DNA of 64,000 bases from the human T2T-CHM13v2.0 reference genome, Homo sapiens. The notes beneath the pieces are model-generated. The model saw only the letters and a program-made list of their open reading frames with translations, made no database searches and was not told where the DNA came from. Position 1 is the stretch's first letter. Each line of letters starts with the position of its first letter. Of this stretch, positions 60,077 through 64,000 are shown piece by piece. The position numbers and the translations under genes were made by a program. The DNA lies in NCBI RefSeq assembly GCF_009914755.1, contig NC_060932.1. One strand, written 5' to 3'.

Positions 60077-60552
60077 TGTTGGGGAACAGGCCCCCAAATC
60101 TGGCCATAAACAAAATCTCTGCAGCACTGCGACATGTTCGTGATGGCCATGATGTCCACACTGAAAGTTGTGGGTTTATTAGAATGAGGGCAAGGAACAC
60201 CTGACCCACCCAGGGCAGAAAATAACTTAAGGCGTTCCTGAACCACAAACAATAGCATGAGGCATCTGTGCCTTAAGGACATGCTCCTGCTACAGATAAC
60301 TAGCCAGAGCCCATCCCTTTGTTTCAGCCCATCCCTTTGTTTCCCATTTTAGTTAATCTATAATCTATAGAAACGATGCTTATCACTGGCTTGCTGTCAA
60401 TAAATATGTGGGTAAATCTCTGTTCCTGGCTCTCAGCTCTGAAGGCTGTCAGCCCCCTGATTCACCACTCCACACTCTATATTTCTGTGTGTGTGTCTTT
60501 AATTCCTCTAGCGCTCCTGGGTTAGGGACTCCATGACCGAGCTGGTGTCGGC
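60077..60552 (+). mobile_element. MER9 solo LTR (HERV-K HML-3 group)
   Basis: tgttggggaacaggcccccaaatctggccataaac...gagctggtgtcggc; 6-bp TSD tatgtc on both sides. Confidence 0.9.
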
Positions 60553-61223
60553 TATGTCTGTATCTCCTGGTTTTTGGCTCAAATTGCAGAACTGAAACTA
60601 TTTACTAAGCTCTCTATGTGTCTTTGCAAGTATGTGTCTATAATTAACAAAGGCCTATATCTAATTTTGTGTATAATGTTCTCCTGTATTTGGGGGGTAT
60701 TGATAAATTAGATTATAAAGTCTCTTAAAGGAGCTCTGTCCTGATTTATACAGATATGTAAATTGAGTATTCCTAAAATTCTCCAAAAATAAGGAAGTTG
60801 AACTAACAGTGTTTTAAATGTGCTAGATTTTAAAAATCGTACAGAAAACAATTTGGGATCATTTAGGAATATTCACATAATTAAGGCACATCTGTGGTAA
60901 AGAGACAAGTTTAATATTTTGGTTTAAATAAATGTATTTTATCTATCAGTATTAAATATAACACGAACATGCACTTTATTCTACTTGTGTTTGTTTTCCC
61001 TATAGTTATTCCGGCTAATAAGCTAACATTACTTCTCATAACGTTTTTTAAAACTGTGGTGTAATATACATAACATGAAATGTACTCTTTTAACCATTTT
61101 TAGGTATATAATTGAGTGGCATTAATTACATTCACAATGTTGTCCAACCATCACCACATCCATCTCCAGAAATTTTTCAACATCTGAAACAGTCCCATAC
61201 AACTTTTAAGATTATGAAAAATG

Positions 61224-61555
<332 letters not shown>

Positions 61556-61917
61556 CTAAATTGAATCATTATCTGGGTAAACTTTTTATTTCCCAAGTAA
61601 TTACGTTGTGCAGCATGCCAACTGGAAGATAATCTCTATTATCTTTAGGCAATTTGCAACCTTGGACTGACTGAGTTAATGGATACTTTGGATGGTTGGG
61701 TACTTTGATAATTTCTAAGGAAAATATTAATAGAATACTGAAATACTGATGAAAAGGCACAATTTTTGTGTTTATGTGCTTTTCCTTTTTGCTTTTATAG
61801 GCCGTTGAAGGTAGGAGCCTTGGGTCATGCTAACAGGCACGTGCATGCTGTCTCTTGGGGGGCTGCAGACAGTGGTATCTGTGAGCTCCATGAGTCTGAC
61901 ATACTGCTGGTGTGTAA

Positions 61918-62864
<947 letters not shown>

Positions 62865-63233
62865 GCTTTTCATTTTTAAGTAAGGAGGGTAGTTCCTCAT
62901 AAAACAGTGAATCTCAGACATTTTCATGTCTGGATCTCTTTCCAGAATTAGGACTGACCCCATAAATCTTTGTTTTGTGGGTTAGAACTAGTAGCAGTTA
63001 CTATATTGGAAACAGAAATAATGTTTTAAAGACTTATTGATTGATTTGGAGGTCATGTTAACATGCATAACATCTCTGTATTTCAATGAGAAGAGTTCTG
63101 ATCTCCCAGACACCCTGGGAACTGGTGTTTGAAAGTTGTGTCAATTGGTTTCAGAATATGAAAGGACATTAACACAGGACAAATCTCGGAAAGCGACTAT
63201 CTGAGCCTAAAAAGATAGTATGAGATGAGTTAA

Positions 63234-63604
<371 letters not shown>

Positions 63605-64000
63605 AAGAAATCATTCTATGTAATCTGCCAAGACAGCAAAGATTCACTGTCTTACCAGAAAAATTTTCTGAGCTTTACACTGACTTCACTGTCTGAAAAA
63701 GGAGATTCAGGCCATGTGTCTTTGACAGAAGAGGCCCAGAGTGGCACTGAGTTCCCCTCAGCAAGTCACATCAGGATGCACGTGTGGCCCACAAGTCCTA
63801 CTGCTAGTCAGTGGGCAAAGAAGGGCTCTACCAGGTGTCTATGCTGTAAAATCACCATTTTCACTCTCAATCATTAGTACGTGTTTGGCTGAGGTACTTT
63901 AAAACCATGGTACTTCAAAAAGTGCCATGCTGGCTGTGAAGGTGTAGGGGCCACCTAGGAGGACACTCAGAGGCCTCCAGGAATTGAGAATCATGCTCCA

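Overview
Human-type genomic DNA lying entirely within PRKDC (DNA-PKcs), which is transcribed on the minus strand. I resolved 24 complete coding exons (exons 22-45 by conventional numbering, recalled from memory) and the first 14 nt of exon 46. All have GT-AG junctions and join into one open frame covering about aa 807-2024. This span includes T946/S1003, S1470, the L1503-L1538 leucine heptad, S1546, T1865 and S2023. The introns are dense with repeats: about 45 Alus, an internally deleted L1MA-type element, MaLR, MER31, MER11 and MER9 LTRs, Tigger1, Charlie, MER5, MER2, L2 and MIR. I found no second protein-coding gene or RNA gene. The most interesting signals cluster around the phase-0 exons 35-39: (1) exon 37 begins with a consensus 5' splice site (CAG|GTGAGT); (2) a UG-rich minisatellite upstream of exon 37 carries 8 UGCAUG motifs and a candidate poison exon; (3) a 119-bp, 98%-identical direct repeat brackets exon 39. 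Elsewhere there is a circularly permuted Alu, a templated insertion fused to a palindrome, and several closely spaced inverted Alu pairs. These are hypotheses from reading the sequence, not demonstrated systems. Repeat boundaries and subfamilies are approximate.
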